Shown here in pieces: positions 63,408-64,000 of a stretch of 64,000 nt of DNA. The notes below the pieces were generated by a model. It ran no database searches. It saw only the letters and a list, made by a program, of their open reading frames with translations, and was not told the origin of the DNA. Source of the stretch: Candidatus Poribacteria bacterium (GTDB lineage: Bacteria > Poribacteria > WGA-4E > WGA-3G). The stretch lies in assembly GCA_965198235.1 (NCBI GenBank), contig OZ240248.1, forward strand, positions 4,998,881 to 5,062,880, in the 5' to 3' direction. Positions within the stretch are counted from its first letter, which is position 1; the number at the start of each line of letters is the position of its first letter. The translations under genes and the position numbers were made by a program.

Positions 63408-64000
63408 TTTTCCTCTTTTCCAACGGAACAAAAAACTGGAAGTTGCTCCCTCGTCCATTCTCTCCCGTGTCCACCCATAATCGCCCACCGTGTGCTTCGA
63501 CTATCCCTGCGGCAATTGAGAGTCCTAAGCCCGTGCCGCTTTGTGGTTTTCGTGCTTGGACACTTCCGAGTTGTCGGAACTTATCAAAGACCTTTTCTCT
63601 ATCTTCAGGGGGAATTCCTGGACCCGTATCAATGACTTCAACATGGAATCCATCGGTTGCGCTCCCATTTTGCAGAGATTTTGATATTCTTATTGTTACC
63701 TTCCCGTCATCTGGTGTGAATTTAATTGCGTTTCCAATGAGGTTAATAAAAATTTGCCCAATCCGGTCTGCATCCCCAATCATTGGAGGTAGATTAGATT
63801 GTGCCTCAAAAAACAGAGAAACAGCTTTCTCGTCTGCTTGTGGACGAAGTTCCTCGATTCGCCGTTTGGCTATCCTGCCTATTTGTACCTGCTCTTGCTT
63901 CATCTCAACACGTCCTGCTTCAATTCGAGAGATGTCGAGTAGGTCGTTAATAAGAGCGGCGAGCCGTTTCGACTGGCGATGGGCACGGCTTAAGCTTTCG
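63400..64000 (-). CDS. Sensor histidine kinase, C-terminal part (5' end beyond the window)
   Basis: The frame is open to nt 64000 (..LINDLLDISRIEAGRVEM..). HATPase_c N/G boxes NLIGNAIKFT, DTGPGI and GTGLGLSI. Overlaps the RR gene by 8 nt. Confidence 0.85.
   Translation of the reverse strand, partial: ESLSRAHRQSKRLAALINDLLDISRIEAGRVEMKQEQVQIGRIAKRRIEELRPQADEKAVSLFFEAQSNLPPMIGDADRIGQIFINLIGNAIKFTPDDGKVTIRISKSLQNGSATDGFHVEVIDTGPGIPPEDREKVFDKFRQLGSVQARKPQSGTGLGLSIAAGIVEAHGGRLWVDTGENGRGSNFQFFVPLEKRKNG

Overview
This is a 64-kb bacterial chromosomal segment, densely coded with about 55 protein genes. I saw no rRNA, tRNA or CRISPR array by eye. TGA is a normal stop codon here (pyrG, dctQ-like, polA, mqnA). 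Housekeeping genes are the 3' part of pyrG, polA, trpS, a Fur-family regulator with IscU-like and IscA genes, and futalosine-pathway genes (mqnA, an mqnE/C-type radical SAM enzyme, a UbiD-type decarboxylase). These are interleaved with transport and catabolic genes: LarA-like plus TRAP permeases, a BMP-type ABC system, an enolase-superfamily enzyme, a PhnY/PhnZ-like phosphonate oxygenase pair, a metallophosphoesterase, an amidohydrolase, GH32, and galK plus a ROK kinase. There are also many exported LamG, DUF1080 and PD40 proteins. The right end carries a partner-switching cascade: HK, RR-PP2C, an internally duplicated RsbW-like kinase and a STAS protein. The gene content (LamG, PhyH, PD40, TPR, futalosine pathway) is reminiscent of uncultivated marine or sponge-associated lineages such as Poribacteria; that is only an impression and cannot be verified here. 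The main candidate novel system lies at about 38.6-50.6 kb. (1) Two paralogous genes are each interrupted by one in-frame TGA exactly at the redox-motif position of a thioredoxin-like fold, and a SECIS-like hairpin follows 17 nt downstream. I read them as candidate selenoproteins with a C-U dyad. (2) An ECF sigma factor is fused through one TM helix to an extracytoplasmic copy of the selenoproteins' C-terminal domain. (3) PD40 and LamG paralogs sit between the two selenoprotein genes. (4) Four near-identical ECF-type promoter motifs (GGCAAC-N18-CGTC), plus one diverged copy, precede these transcription units, including the sigma operon itself. Other observations are a conserved C-terminal tail (K-L-A-T-T-W-G-x-[IL]-K) on eight signal-peptide proteins, a 30-nt palindromic element inserted in frame in two unrelated CDS, several intergenic hairpin and MITE-like repeat families, degenerate IscU-like and AccD-like proteins, and remnants of mobile DNA (a TnpB fragment and a frameshifted HTH gene).
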